From an uncultured Methanosarcinales archaeon (lineage in GTDB: Archaea > Nanobdellota > Nanobdellia > Woesearchaeales > CAYZNE01), in the NCBI GenBank assembly GCA_964405295.1, contig CAYONI010000001.1, forward strand, positions 1-64,000: 64,000 nt of DNA. The letters are read 5' to 3'. The first letter of the stretch is position 1, and every line of letters starts with the position of its first letter. Below, piece by piece: positions 41,804 to 51,967 of the stretch. The position numbers and the translations under genes were made by a program. A model generated the notes under the pieces. The model was given only the letters and a program-made list of their open reading frames with translations, made no database searches and was not told where the DNA came from.

Positions 41804-42964
41804 ATGCAGAACCCTTTTACAATCAAAAGCAGAGCCAAGAATTCAATGGCTAGAACAGGCAGGTTCGTAGTTGGTAATAAAAAAGCTGAAACGCCTTTTT
41901 TTATGCCTGTCGCAACTAAGACTGTTGGTAAATTTATTGGGCCTAGTGATTATAATCGAATTGGCACTCAAACGATGATTGCTAACTCTTTGATATTGTA
42001 TCTTAATCCTGGTTTAAAGCATTTTGAAAAATCTGGTGGAATTCATAATTTTATGGGTTATCATAATATTCTTTTTACAGATAGTGGTGGTTTTCAAATG
42101 ATTAGAGAGGGTTTCTTTTTGCAGAGAAGTAAAAGAGCTGTTCATTTTAAGGATCCTGAAACTAGACAAGTTTATATAATGACTCCTGAAAAAGTTATGG
42201 ATACTGCACTAATAATAAAACCTGATGTTGCAATGGTCTTAGATGATTTATCACCTGCAAATGCGACTCATGATGAAGCGAAAATTTCAATGGAGAATAC
42301 TCATCGTTGGGCTAAGAAAGCGATTGATTATCATGAATCTAAAGATCCTGAACATAAACAAAAAGTGTTTGGTATTTCTCAAGGGTGCTTCTATGAAGAT
42401 TTAAGGAAAGAGTCTGCAAAATATATTAATAGTTTAAATTTTGATGGAATAGCAATTGGTGGTGTTGCAGTTGGAGAAACTCGTGAAGAAATGCTAATGG
42501 CAGTAAAAGCTGCACAATCAGAGATTGATGAAGATAAAATAAAATATGTAATGGGTGTTGGTAATCCTGCAGATATTATTAATCTTGTTGACCTTGGTTG
42601 TGATTGTTTTGATAGTATTTATCCAACTCAGAATGCAAGACACGGAACATTATTTTCTTTTGATGGTAAAATTGATATCCTGAAAGGTCCAAGTAGATTT
42701 TCTAAAGAACCTGTTGACAAAACTTGTAATTGTGAATTGTGTAAGAATCATTCTCGTTCTTTTATTAATTTCTTATTAAAAAATAATAATCCTGAAGGGA
42801 AACGACTTGCCTCGATTCATAATTTAATGTTTATGCAGAGACTTATGCATGGAATAAGAGATGCAATAGAGAAAGGTAAATGGGATTCGTTCAAGATGAA
42901 GATTTTGAAAGCCTATCCCTACAAAACCGGGTCTGCAGGAACTCAAGTTTGTACATTAAAGTAG
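41804..42964 (+). CDS. tgt: tRNA-guanine transglycosylase, bacterial queuine-type architecture
   Basis: TPFFMPVAT, DSGGFQ, GGVAVGE, YVMGVG, FDSIYPT, CxCxxC..H zinc site; no PUA domain. Confidence 0.9.
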   Translation: MQNPFTIKSRAKNSMARTGRFVVGNKKAETPFFMPVATKTVGKFIGPSDYNRIGTQTMIANSLILYLNPGLKHFEKSGGIHNFMGYHNILFTDSGGFQMIREGFFLQRSKRAVHFKDPETRQVYIMTPEKVMDTALIIKPDVAMVLDDLSPANATHDEAKISMENTHRWAKKAIDYHESKDPEHKQKVFGISQGCFYEDLRKESAKYINSLNFDGIAIGGVAVGETREEMLMAVKAAQSEIDEDKIKYVMGVGNPADIINLVDLGCDCFDSIYPTQNARHGTLFSFDGKIDILKGPSRFSKEPVDKTCNCELCKNHSRSFINFLLKNNNPEGKRLASIHNLMFMQRLMHGIRDAIEKGKWDSFKMKILKAYPYKTGSAGTQVCTLK

Positions 42965-42965
42965 T

Positions 42966-43895
42966 TTATCTTGATACTCTAAATGACATTTCTTTCTTCG
43001 GAATAAGGCTATAATTACTCAATACATTATAATATGTTTCTATAAACCCTATTGCAGATTTGAAGCTTGCCTCATTTTGTGGAATTTCCAAGATTAATGG
43101 GGTTTTTTCTTTGATGCAATATGGTAAGATATAATCCAATTGATATTCATTTAATTTTCCAAATTCAGTTGGTCTTTCTAGAATGTCGACTTCAGGAATT
43201 GGTCGTGTGTGTATAACCTGTGGACCCAATTTCAAGAAATCACTAATAGATTCTGAGTGATTTTTTTTTCTTGAAGCAAGTTCTTTAGGAAAGTGGTATT
43301 TGCTTAATTGTGCATTAATTTTTGTAGCTAGATTGGCGATATCAAGGCAAACCCCCATTTTATTGTATTTCATTAGATTCAATAATTTAGAATTTGAACT
43401 GTTGAATAAAGTTGTATGTCCGTATGCTCTTGAAGGTAGATTTTCAAATAAAATTTTTGGTTTAGTTTGATATTCATTAAAGATTTTATCAGTTTTTCCT
43501 TGAATGTAATTTAATATTAAAAAGATATTTTTAAAGCTATTTTTAATGTTTGAATTTTTTAGGTGAGAATAATTTTGGAATCCTGGATGAAATATTACAA
43601 AGTTTGCTTTTAAAAAACTTGCAGCAAATATAGCTTTATCGATAATTTCTTTGTTATTTTTGGTTAGTCCATCAATAGGATTGAATTTATGAAGTTCATG
43701 AGCTGCATGAATAATATATTTAAGTTTTGTATCTTTTAATAGATAAAAAGTTTCTATTTCTGTTCCAGGCGCGATATAGATTTGAACCCAGTTAACTTTA
43801 TTTTGGAAATGGAGCTCTTTAATAATATCAAAATTTTCTTTTTTAGCGATATTGCCAGAGCTGATTGAAAGCCCGAGTAGATTGTTTATTGTCAT
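42966..43895 (-). CDS. AP endonuclease 2 / xylose isomerase-like TIM barrel protein
   Basis: IIHA, FHPG, LFENLP, VCLD, LILE. Start uncertain. Confidence 0.7.
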   Translation of the reverse strand: MTINNLLGLSISSGNIAKKENFDIIKELHFQNKVNWVQIYIAPGTEIETFYLLKDTKLKYIIHAAHELHKFNPIDGLTKNNKEIIDKAIFAASFLKANFVIFHPGFQNYSHLKNSNIKNSFKNIFLILNYIQGKTDKIFNEYQTKPKILFENLPSRAYGHTTLFNSSNSKLLNLMKYNKMGVCLDIANLATKINAQLSKYHFPKELASRKKNHSESISDFLKLGPQVIHTRPIPEVDILERPTEFGKLNEYQLDYILPYCIKEKTPLILEIPQNEASFKSAIGFIETYYNVLSNYSLIPKKEMSFRVSR

Positions 43896-43991
43896 TGCTT
43901 GCTGGTTAGTGTAGATGTATTTAATAATGGTTAATGAATATTTTGTAGAAAAAGCCATATATTTATATAAGATGTTAGATTTACAAAGAAA

Positions 43992-44942
43992 ATGAATAAA
44001 AAAATACGTAAATCCTTATTTATCCTCTCAGAGAATAGTAGGGTTTCAACAAGACAATTAAGTAAAGAGTTGAAAGTAAGTCAGCAATCTGCATCATATC
44101 TTGTTGGGCAATTGGTTAAGAAAAAAATGATTACTCAATACTCATTGATTGTTGACCCTATAAAGCTTGGTTTTATTAATATTCTTGTAGGATTAAATTA
44201 TATTAATTTTGATAAAGAAATTAAAAAGCAGGTTGTCTCTGAACTTAAATCAAAGGATTATATTATATCTTTATACGAAGCAGATAGTGGGATTGATTTG
44301 CTTGTTGAATTTTCTGTTGCAAATCTTTCCTCTTTTAATAAGCTGCATACAGAATTCATTAAAAAAATGCATAAGCATGTTAATGTAAAATTTATTATGC
44401 CTATAGTAGTTAAACACATTTTTTCAAAGAATTATTTGAAAGATAAATTAATACATAAAGATATAGTTGTTGGTGGTGATAGAGAAACTAATATTCTTGC
44501 AAATAATGAGAAAATTATTTTGAATGAACTAATAAGTTATCCTAATGCAACATACATTTCTATGTTTAAAAAAACAGGTATTACCGTTAGAAAAATTGTT
44601 ACTATAAAGAAAAAGCTTGAAAGGCTTAAAATAATAAGGGGGTATAGTTGTGTTTTTAATCATAATAAGTTGGGAATTTCCAAAAGATTAATATTATTAA
44701 AGTTATCAGGTAAGGGTATTTCTGAAGTAAATTCTTTGGTAATGTATGCTAAGTTAAATAAGAATATAGTTAGTTTAACAAAATTATTGGGTGATTATAA
44801 TTTGCTTTTATTTCTTGAGGAAGTTAAATGCAATACTATTGTTCAGGAAATAAGGGAATTATTTTCTGTTGAAGATTATTTAACAATAAATATAAGCACT
44901 ATTTTAAAGAAAAGGTATAGTTCTTTATTGTCTGTCGATTAA
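43992..44942 (+). CDS. Tandem Lrp/AsnC family regulator
   Basis: Two wHTH plus AsnC ligand-binding units. Confidence 0.8.
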   Translation: MNKKIRKSLFILSENSRVSTRQLSKELKVSQQSASYLVGQLVKKKMITQYSLIVDPIKLGFINILVGLNYINFDKEIKKQVVSELKSKDYIISLYEADSGIDLLVEFSVANLSSFNKLHTEFIKKMHKHVNVKFIMPIVVKHIFSKNYLKDKLIHKDIVVGGDRETNILANNEKIILNELISYPNATYISMFKKTGITVRKIVTIKKKLERLKIIRGYSCVFNHNKLGISKRLILLKLSGKGISEVNSLVMYAKLNKNIVSLTKLLGDYNLLLFLEEVKCNTIVQEIRELFSVEDYLTINISTILKKRYSSLLSVD

Positions 44943-45017
44943 TTTTTGCTTTCTATTTCTAGTTTTATCAGCTCTTATTTCACAATCTTTTTAAAACATC
45001 TAAGCGTAGTTTGTAAC

Positions 45018-45449
45018 ATGTTAAATCCAATCATTACAGAATTTTCATTTGTAAACCTAGTAATTGCTTTTGCAGCAGCATGGGGATTGTCTATTATAAT
45101 AAAGGTTGTAATAGAGATAAGTAAAAACCAGCGATTCGATTGGTATTATTTTGTAACTGATGGTGGTTTCCCAAGTTCCCATTCAACTCTTGTAACTTCT
45201 GTTGCAACTGCGACATTCTTTTATTCTGGTTTCTCATTACTGACATTTATTGTTGTTGCTTTTGCGTTTATAATTATAAGAGATGCTCTTGGTGTTAGAA
45301 CAGAAGTTGGTAAACAGAGACTTATTCTTCAGAAGATTGTTCCGAAAGAATCTAGAAATTTAAGACGAGAAGGTCACACTCTGAAACAAGTTCTTTCAGG
45401 TATTGCTTTGGGTTTGATTGTAACTGTAGTTATGCTGCTTATTCTTTAA
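45018..45449 (+). CDS. Divergent PAP2 (DUF212) membrane protein
   Basis: GGFPSSHS, DA.GVR, GHT..QV..G. Confidence 0.88.
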   Translation: MLNPIITEFSFVNLVIAFAAAWGLSIIIKVVIEISKNQRFDWYYFVTDGGFPSSHSTLVTSVATATFFYSGFSLLTFIVVAFAFIIIRDALGVRTEVGKQRLILQKIVPKESRNLRREGHTLKQVLSGIALGLIVTVVMLLIL

Positions 45450-45927
45450 ATTTATTTAACTGAATTAATTTTTCTATTTTGTAAGAAAACTCTTTTGCCC
45501 TCATTAGGAAATCTTTTACATCATTAATGTTTATTTTCTTAAATTTAAACTTATCGTTACATATAACAAATTCTTTGTTTCGAGCAAATTCCATTGGACT
45601 GTTTTTGTGTTCATCGAGTATTTCTTTTATTTCCGTAATTGTGCTCATAATTGACTTTTCAAAACCATATCTTTTTACACACTTCTTTAGAAAAATATTT
45701 CTTCTTGATTGTGGAGAGTCATGAAAGTTTGAGATAAGCTTAACTTCTCTGTCTCTATAGATGAGTGCGGCAATTGATTGATCAAATGCATCATGAATTT
45801 TCATTAATACATTAATTAGAACTTTTGGATCTTGAATAAGGGTGTAAGTGTGATCTAGTAGGTATTGTGCATTTTGGATGTTCTTATTTGCTTGCTTAAG
45901 TTTTTCTTGATATCTGTTTTCTTCCAT
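45439..45927 (-). CDS. Hypothetical protein, HEPN-like helical fold possible
   Basis: 162 aa, helical, HK.SPMEF.R motif. Confidence 0.55.
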   Translation of the reverse strand: MEENRYQEKLKQANKNIQNAQYLLDHTYTLIQDPKVLINVLMKIHDAFDQSIAALIYRDREVKLISNFHDSPQSRRNIFLKKCVKRYGFEKSIMSTITEIKEILDEHKNSPMEFARNKEFVICNDKFKFKKININDVKDFLMRAKEFSYKIEKLIQLNKFKE

Positions 45928-46110
45928 TGGGATTTACTGTGTTTTTCTATTTTATAAGATTTCTCATATTATCAGCAACATTTATAAATAAAACTGCAAT
46001 TCTTAGTGTTAATACCGAAGTCAAGCATACTGTATGGTTAAGGCTTGATAATACCATCTGAGGTAATAAAAATGATGGGCAGATACTATTTCTGTTCATA
46101 GAGGTTTAAA

Positions 46111-46716
46111 ATGGCTGAAACAAAGAATGAATTTTTGATTCCTAATGAGGATTATTTAAAAGCAGGTATCCATATTGGAACAAAGTTCAAAACGAAATAT
46201 ATGAGTAAATTTATTTACAAAACTAGAACTGACGGTTTATCTGTCTTAAATATACAAAAGATAGATGAGAGAATTAAATTATTAATTAATTTACTTTCTT
46301 ATTATAAGCCAGGAGATATTCTTGTTGTTTCAAGAAGAGAGAATGGTTGGAAACCAATAAGTTTATTTGCAAAACTTACTGGATGCAAATTTTTTGCAGG
46401 AAGATATCCGCCTGGATTAATGACAAATCCTAATTTAGACACTTTTATTGAAGTAAAATTATTGTTTGTTGTAGATTCTTGGCCAGATAGGAATGCAGTT
46501 CAAGACGCATTAAAAGTTGGTATTCCTGTTGTTGCTCTATGTGATAGTAATAATCAAACAAATGGAATTGATTTTGTTGTTCCTTGTAATAATAAAGGTA
46601 AAAAGAGTATTGGTTTAATGTTCTATCTGCTTGCAAGAGAATACATGAAAAAGGTTGGTTTAATTAAATCTGATTCTGAGTTTAAGAATACTTTAGAAGA
46701 TTTTACTGCAGAGTAA
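46111..46716 (+). CDS. rps2: 30S ribosomal protein S2 (uS2)
   Basis: YL.AG.HIGTK, GRY.PG..TNP, PCNNKG. Confidence 0.95.
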   Translation: MAETKNEFLIPNEDYLKAGIHIGTKFKTKYMSKFIYKTRTDGLSVLNIQKIDERIKLLINLLSYYKPGDILVVSRRENGWKPISLFAKLTGCKFFAGRYPPGLMTNPNLDTFIEVKLLFVVDSWPDRNAVQDALKVGIPVVALCDSNNQTNGIDFVVPCNNKGKKSIGLMFYLLAREYMKKVGLIKSDSEFKNTLEDFTAE

Positions 46717-46733
46717 AGTTTTTTCTTTATTTT

Positions 46734-47012
46734 TTATTTCTTCTTAACAAAAATACCTGTGATTACATGTGCAATTATATAGTAGAATAATATTATCCCA
46801 ATTGTCTGCACAATACTAATAATAAAGTTCATAACAGATTCAATTGTAGATTGTCCTGATGAAACGCCACCAAATATTCCCGTAAAAGAAGTAACTGTGT
46901 TTGCTACTGTGTTAATAAGATAGGTTGTTACACCTGTTCCAAGTAATGCAAAACTTACGCCTAATAAAATAATCATTACAATTATTTTCAGTAAAAATTT
47001 TGTCATTATCAA
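46734..47012 (-). CDS. Small hypothetical membrane protein
   Basis: Two TM segments; overlaps the radB stop. Confidence 0.6.
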   Translation of the reverse strand: MIMTKFLLKIIVMIILLGVSFALLGTGVTTYLINTVANTVTSFTGIFGGVSSGQSTIESVMNFIISIVQTIGIILFYYIIAHVITGIFVKKK

Positions 47013-47692
47013 ACCTCTATTTTCTCAATGCCTTTATTTGTAATTTTAAAATATAATTCTTTGTTTTCTGCTTGACTTCTATGCTTTCTTAGAATGGCAA
47101 CTCTTTTATCATTATCTTCTTTTCGAAGTTCAACTAAGCATTTACCCCAGTATTTTAGAATATCGCCTCCAACAATATTAATCTTTTTCTTGTCTTCGAA
47201 ATCTTTGTATACTTGGTTAGTAATAAGAACAGGAATTTTTTGTTTTCTTGCAATTTCACTTAGATATGATATTTGTAATCCAAGTTCTCTGTTAGTTCCT
47301 TGAACATTTTTTGTTTTGCCAATTTCTAATCTGTAAAGCATAACAATACTATCAACGATTATTAGACCAATGTCTTTCATTTCAGCCAATTCTTTTAGTT
47401 TTGAGAATGCACCTTTTTGTTCTTGAAAAGTTGTGGGGCATAAAATGAATATATTATTTATACAGCTTTCAAAATTAGAACAAACCTGTTTAAATCTGTC
47501 AACAGAGAAGCTACCTTCTGTATCAATAAAAATAACTTTTTTTGTTTTGGAAACTTCTGCTGCACTTAGTAATGCAATATTGCTTTTACCAGTTCCTGGG
47601 CCGCCGTATATCATTGTAACTATATCTTTTTCATAGCCACCATTAAGAAGCTCATCAAAATCTTTACTACCAGAACTTATTTTCTCAGTCAT
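47009..47692 (-). CDS. radB: DNA repair and recombination protein RadB
   Basis: GGPGTGKS, IDTEG, TNQV and the RadB-specific KHR motif; no RadA N-terminal domain. Confidence 0.92.
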   Translation of the reverse strand: MTEKISSGSKDFDELLNGGYEKDIVTMIYGGPGTGKSNIALLSAAEVSKTKKVIFIDTEGSFSVDRFKQVCSNFESCINNIFILCPTTFQEQKGAFSKLKELAEMKDIGLIIVDSIVMLYRLEIGKTKNVQGTNRELGLQISYLSEIARKQKIPVLITNQVYKDFEDKKKINIVGGDILKYWGKCLVELRKEDNDKRVAILRKHRSQAENKELYFKITNKGIEKIEV

Positions 47693-47806
47693 AAAAATAT
47701 ATATTTATTAGGCGTTTATAAGTTTTTTCTTACTATTTTCGTATTGTTAAAAATCACTGGACTAGCAACAATAACCTTTTTAAAACACTGTTTTATCTCT
47801 TAGTTT

Positions 47807-48202
47807 ATGGGGGAATTTAATAAAATACTAAAATTAAACCCTGATGTTGAACATATTAAGATTCCAGGTAAAGTTGTTCTTGGTCTTTATGAGTATGTAA
47901 CAATCAAAAAGAAAAAAGTTTTAGCAAGAATTGATTCAGGAGCTGTAAAAAGTTCAATAGATTTAGATTTGGCTAAAGAATTAAAATTAGGCCCTGTTAT
48001 TGGGACAAAAGAAATAAAAAATGTTCATGGTTCAAGCGTGAGAAAACTCATTGAGCAAGAAGTTTGTTTATGTAGTAAAAAAATAAAATCAATATTTACA
48101 CTTCAAAACAGGCAAAAGATGAAATTTAAACTTTTAATCGGTCAAAATATCCTGACAAAAGGATTTGTGATTGATCCCAACAAAAGAATATTGGTGAAAT
48201 AA
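47807..48202 (+). CDS. RimK-associated retropepsin-like protease (RimB-like)
   Basis: ARIDSGA..SSI and LIG..L motifs; directly upstream of a RimK-family gene. Confidence 0.8.
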   Translation: MGEFNKILKLNPDVEHIKIPGKVVLGLYEYVTIKKKKVLARIDSGAVKSSIDLDLAKELKLGPVIGTKEIKNVHGSSVRKLIEQEVCLCSKKIKSIFTLQNRQKMKFKLLIGQNILTKGFVIDPNKRILVK

Positions 48203-48204
48203 AA

Positions 48205-49290
48205 ATGAAAGCAGCAATCATAAGTTTAGGTAGTGTAAGTTCTCAATGGACTGCAAAAGCTATGAGAAACTATTTCGATGAAGTTGACGAAATTAGTTTA
48301 AAGGATATAGAAATTTCTTTTACTGGTAAAAAACAAGAGATACTCTATAAGGGTAAGCCTTTGGGTCATTATGATGGAATATATGCTAAGGGTTCTTTTA
48401 AATATGCTAATCTTTTATCTGCACTTACAAGCATGCTTTCATCTGTGAGTTATTTGCCTATTAATTCTTCTGCATTTACAATTGCACATGATAAATTATT
48501 GACACAGCTAAGATTGCATGCAGCAAATATCCCTATGCCTAAAACTTTTTTAACATCAACAATTTCTGCTGCAAAGAATATTCTGAAGAAGATGAATTAT
48601 CCTATTATAATGAAGTTTCCAAAGGGAACCCAAGGTAAGGGAGTTATGTTTGCAGATTCAAAGGCAAGTGCGTTATCTATTCTTGATGCTCTTGCGGTTT
48701 TAAAGCAACCTGTTATTATTCAAGAATATGTTGAAACAGATTCTACAGATATTAGGGCAATTGTTATTGGAGAAAGGGTTGTGGCTGCATATAAGCGTGT
48801 TGCTGCAATTGGTGAGAAAAGAGCAAATATTCATCAAGGAGGTGCTGGTGAAGCAATTGTTCTTGATATTAAAACAAAAAAAATTGCGATTGCTGCAGCT
48901 AAGGTAATTAAGGCAGAAATTTGTGGTGTTGATATTTTAGAAGGAGCAAAAGGTCCTGTTGTTTTAGAGGTAAATATTAGTCCCGGGTTACAAGGTGTAA
49001 CTAAGTGTGCAAAAATTGATGTTGCTGATAAAATAGCAAAACATATTTTTGAAAAAACAAAGATACTAAAAATTTCTGATACTGATTCGAAAGCAAAGAG
49101 TTTGTTTATGGATCTAGGTATCGAAGATAGTTCTAAGGGTGATGCTGCTTCTGAGTTAATAACCACTCTTGATTTGAGATCAAATAGATTGCTTCTTCCT
49201 GAAGTCATAACTAAAAAAACAGAGTTTGGTGAACATGAAGAAGTTGTTCTAAAATTTAAGAAGGGAAAATTAGAAATTGATAAGTTTTAG
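48205..49290 (+). CDS. RimK/LysX family ATP-grasp ligase with AbrB-like C-terminal domain
   Basis: GTQGKGV, QEYV, DIR, RANIHQGG, GVDI, EVN.SPG; tail RLLLPE..TK. Confidence 0.88.
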   Translation: MKAAIISLGSVSSQWTAKAMRNYFDEVDEISLKDIEISFTGKKQEILYKGKPLGHYDGIYAKGSFKYANLLSALTSMLSSVSYLPINSSAFTIAHDKLLTQLRLHAANIPMPKTFLTSTISAAKNILKKMNYPIIMKFPKGTQGKGVMFADSKASALSILDALAVLKQPVIIQEYVETDSTDIRAIVIGERVVAAYKRVAAIGEKRANIHQGGAGEAIVLDIKTKKIAIAAAKVIKAEICGVDILEGAKGPVVLEVNISPGLQGVTKCAKIDVADKIAKHIFEKTKILKISDTDSKAKSLFMDLGIEDSSKGDAASELITTLDLRSNRLLLPEVITKKTEFGEHEEVVLKFKKGKLEIDKF

Positions 49291-49362
49291 TTTATTACAA
49301 TTTGAGGTTAATGTCCTTTGCTTATATTAATATAGATTTTCAAGTTGTAATGACTAGAAATT

Positions 49363-49767
49363 CTAGATGAATTTCTCATTTAATCTATTAAGATCATCAT
49401 TTGTTGCAAGTTCTTCAAACTTAAAAGAATTAACTTTGTCTTTTATTGTGCTAAGTTCATCTTTGCTAACAAGATTTTTGAAGTTTTTTGCAAGAACAAG
49501 AAAAAGTTGTTTTATATCTCTTAAATCATCATTGACTGAGATAGTTTCGTTGTGTAGTCGCTTGAATTTCTCATCAAGTTCTAACTCAGCACTAAATAAA
49601 TCTTCATCACGTTTCATTTGTTTTAGATTGTAAAGTTTTGAATCTTTTTCTAGTGCAGAAATTTGTCTTAGGTTAATTTTACTAAGAGCTGTAAGTTCTT
49701 GCATAGAAAGAGTTGATACTTTTTTATTTTCTACTTGTATTGTTTCTTTGCCAATATTTATGCCCAT
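49363..49767 (-). CDS. Hypothetical coiled-coil protein
   Basis: 134-aa ORF. Confidence 0.55.
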   Translation of the reverse strand: MGINIGKETIQVENKKVSTLSMQELTALSKINLRQISALEKDSKLYNLKQMKRDEDLFSAELELDEKFKRLHNETISVNDDLRDIKQLFLVLAKNFKNLVSKDELSTIKDKVNSFKFEELATNDDLNRLNEKFI

Positions 49768-49847
49768 AAATAGTATTTCTTACTTTATTGTTTATTAACT
49801 TTATCTTTTAAAAAACATTTATAAACATAAAACTCTTCTTAAGCATT

Positions 49848-50975
49848 GTGAGATCAGAGACAAGTGCATTTGATTTATTCTTTATAACAAAAGAATTACA
49901 AAAATTAAAGAATGCTAAATTAGAGAAAGTGTTTCATTCAAAAGAAAAAAAGAATGAGGTTTTGTTTAGATTTTACACTCAAGAATATGGGAAGTTGTTT
50001 CTTAGAGTTATGTCTCCAAATCATATTTACCTTACTCAGTACAAAGAAGATTATGAGGTGCCTTCTGGTTTTGGAATGTTTTTAAGAAGACATTTGCAAG
50101 GAACAAGACTAATTAATATAACACAGAAAGGGTTTGACAGAGTTCTTGACTTAGAATTTGAGATAAGAAAGAAAGGTGTTACTTCAACAAATCACCTTAT
50201 TGTTGAATTGTTTAATCCTGGTAATGTGATATTGATTAATGGTGATTCAAAGATTCTTGGCTTGTTAAACTCGCAAAGATGGAAAGATAGATCTATACTG
50301 CCAGGTAAGCCATATATTTTTCCTGAGCCACAATTTGACCCTATTAATTCAGATAAAGAAGGGTTTGTGAAAAAATTAAAGTCTAGTAATAAAGATTCTT
50401 TAGTTGTTGCTTTAGCATCGGATATTTCTTTTGGTGGAGAGAATGCAGAAGAATTATGTGTGCGAACTAAAATAGAAAAAGATGTTAAAGTTGCAGATCT
50501 CTCTGAAGGTGATTTTGAAAATTTGTTTAATGAAATACAAAATCTAAAAAATCAAGATGTTAAAGGAATTGTTTATGATAAAACAATAGTTGCTTTTGAG
50601 TTTATAAGTGCAGGAAGTATTAAGAAGCAATACAATTCTTTTTGTGAAGCTCTTGACGAGGAATTAACTGAGAAGAAAAATATTTCAAATTCCAAAAATG
50701 CAGAATCAAAACAAAAAACAAAAGTTAAGAAAATAGAGAATATTTTGGAAAAGCAAGAGGGAATGCTTGTTAGAATAATTGCTGATTCAGAGAAATATCA
50801 GAAAACAGGTGAAAAGATTTATGAGAATTATGAAGGGTTAACTGCTCTTTCGGCAGAAATTAAAACTCTTCGTGATACTATGGATTGGATAGATATAAAA
50901 AAGTTATTTAAAGAGAGATATCCTAGAGTTCAAATAAATGAGAAAAATAATGAATTGGTGGTTGATTTAGAATGA
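49848..50975 (+). CDS. NFACT/Rqc2 (FbpA) N-terminal domain protein, short form
   Basis: F.M.LR+HL, Q..FDRV, ELF..GNVIL, Y..P. Ends after the coiled coil. Confidence 0.85.
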   Translation: MRSETSAFDLFFITKELQKLKNAKLEKVFHSKEKKNEVLFRFYTQEYGKLFLRVMSPNHIYLTQYKEDYEVPSGFGMFLRRHLQGTRLINITQKGFDRVLDLEFEIRKKGVTSTNHLIVELFNPGNVILINGDSKILGLLNSQRWKDRSILPGKPYIFPEPQFDPINSDKEGFVKKLKSSNKDSLVVALASDISFGGENAEELCVRTKIEKDVKVADLSEGDFENLFNEIQNLKNQDVKGIVYDKTIVAFEFISAGSIKKQYNSFCEALDEELTEKKNISNSKNAESKQKTKVKKIENILEKQEGMLVRIIADSEKYQKTGEKIYENYEGLTALSAEIKTLRDTMDWIDIKKLFKERYPRVQINEKNNELVVDLE

Positions 50976-51874
50976 GTATTTTCCTAAAAAGATATCAAGA
51001 ATTGAATCCTGATTTTAATTTTAAAAAGTGTCCTGTATCCGAAGAAGTAAAGAATGTTCTTAGGGTTAATACTTTAAAAGTTAATGAGAAAATGCTTATT
51101 CAGCGTCTTAAGAAAATAGGTATTCATTTAAAGAAGATAGATTCTCTTCCTTATGCTTACAAGTACAAATCAAAGTTTTCTCTTGCATCAACAACAGAAT
51201 ATGCTTGTGGTTATTTTTATTTACAAGGGGCGGCTTCTCAAATACCCCCTATTGTTCTTAATCCAAAAGAAGATGATGAAGTACTAGATATGTGTGCTGC
51301 GCCTGGATCAAAGACAACACAAATTTGTCAATTAATGAATAATAAAGGATTGGTTGTTGCATTAGATAATAATGCTATGAGATTAAGTGCGTTGAAAAGT
51401 AATCTTTTAAGGTGTGGTTGTAAAAATGTAGTTCTTTACAAGAAAGATGCTCGTTTTGCTTTTGATTTTCATAGAAAGTTTGATAAAATACTTCTTGATG
51501 CACCTTGTTCTGGTAATTTTGTTATTGAATCTGAGTTTTTTGAAAAGAAAACTATTCAAGGATTTCTTGATAGAGCAAAATTACAAAAAGATTTGTTGAA
51601 AGCTGCATACAAATGTTTAAAGAATGGTGGGACAATGGTTTATAGCACTTGTTCTTTAGAACCAGAAGAGAATGAAAGAGTGATTGATTGGTTTATTAGA
51701 AAGCATTCTGATATGAAACTACAAAATATTGATTTTAAGATTCCTGGTTCTTCTCATGGATTAATTAAAGTTTTTGATAAGGAGTTGAGTTCAGAACTTA
51801 AAAAGACTATTCGTGTCTGGCCTGATAAGTCTAAAATGCAAGGGTTTTTTATTGCTAAGATGAAGAAGGAATAA
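50972..51874 (+). CDS. RsmB/NOP2 family RNA m5C methyltransferase
   Basis: RVNTLK, DMCAAPGSKT, LLDAPCSG, YSTCS..PEENE. Confidence 0.93.
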   Translation: MSIFLKRYQELNPDFNFKKCPVSEEVKNVLRVNTLKVNEKMLIQRLKKIGIHLKKIDSLPYAYKYKSKFSLASTTEYACGYFYLQGAASQIPPIVLNPKEDDEVLDMCAAPGSKTTQICQLMNNKGLVVALDNNAMRLSALKSNLLRCGCKNVVLYKKDARFAFDFHRKFDKILLDAPCSGNFVIESEFFEKKTIQGFLDRAKLQKDLLKAAYKCLKNGGTMVYSTCSLEPEENERVIDWFIRKHSDMKLQNIDFKIPGSSHGLIKVFDKELSSELKKTIRVWPDKSKMQGFFIAKMKKE

Positions 51875-51967
51875 TTTCGAGTTCTACAAAATATCTGCGA
51901 TTTTTCTTAGTTAATTCTTATTAAGTTATTATCTATTCTAAGGATATAAACATTTTAGGAGGTTAAA

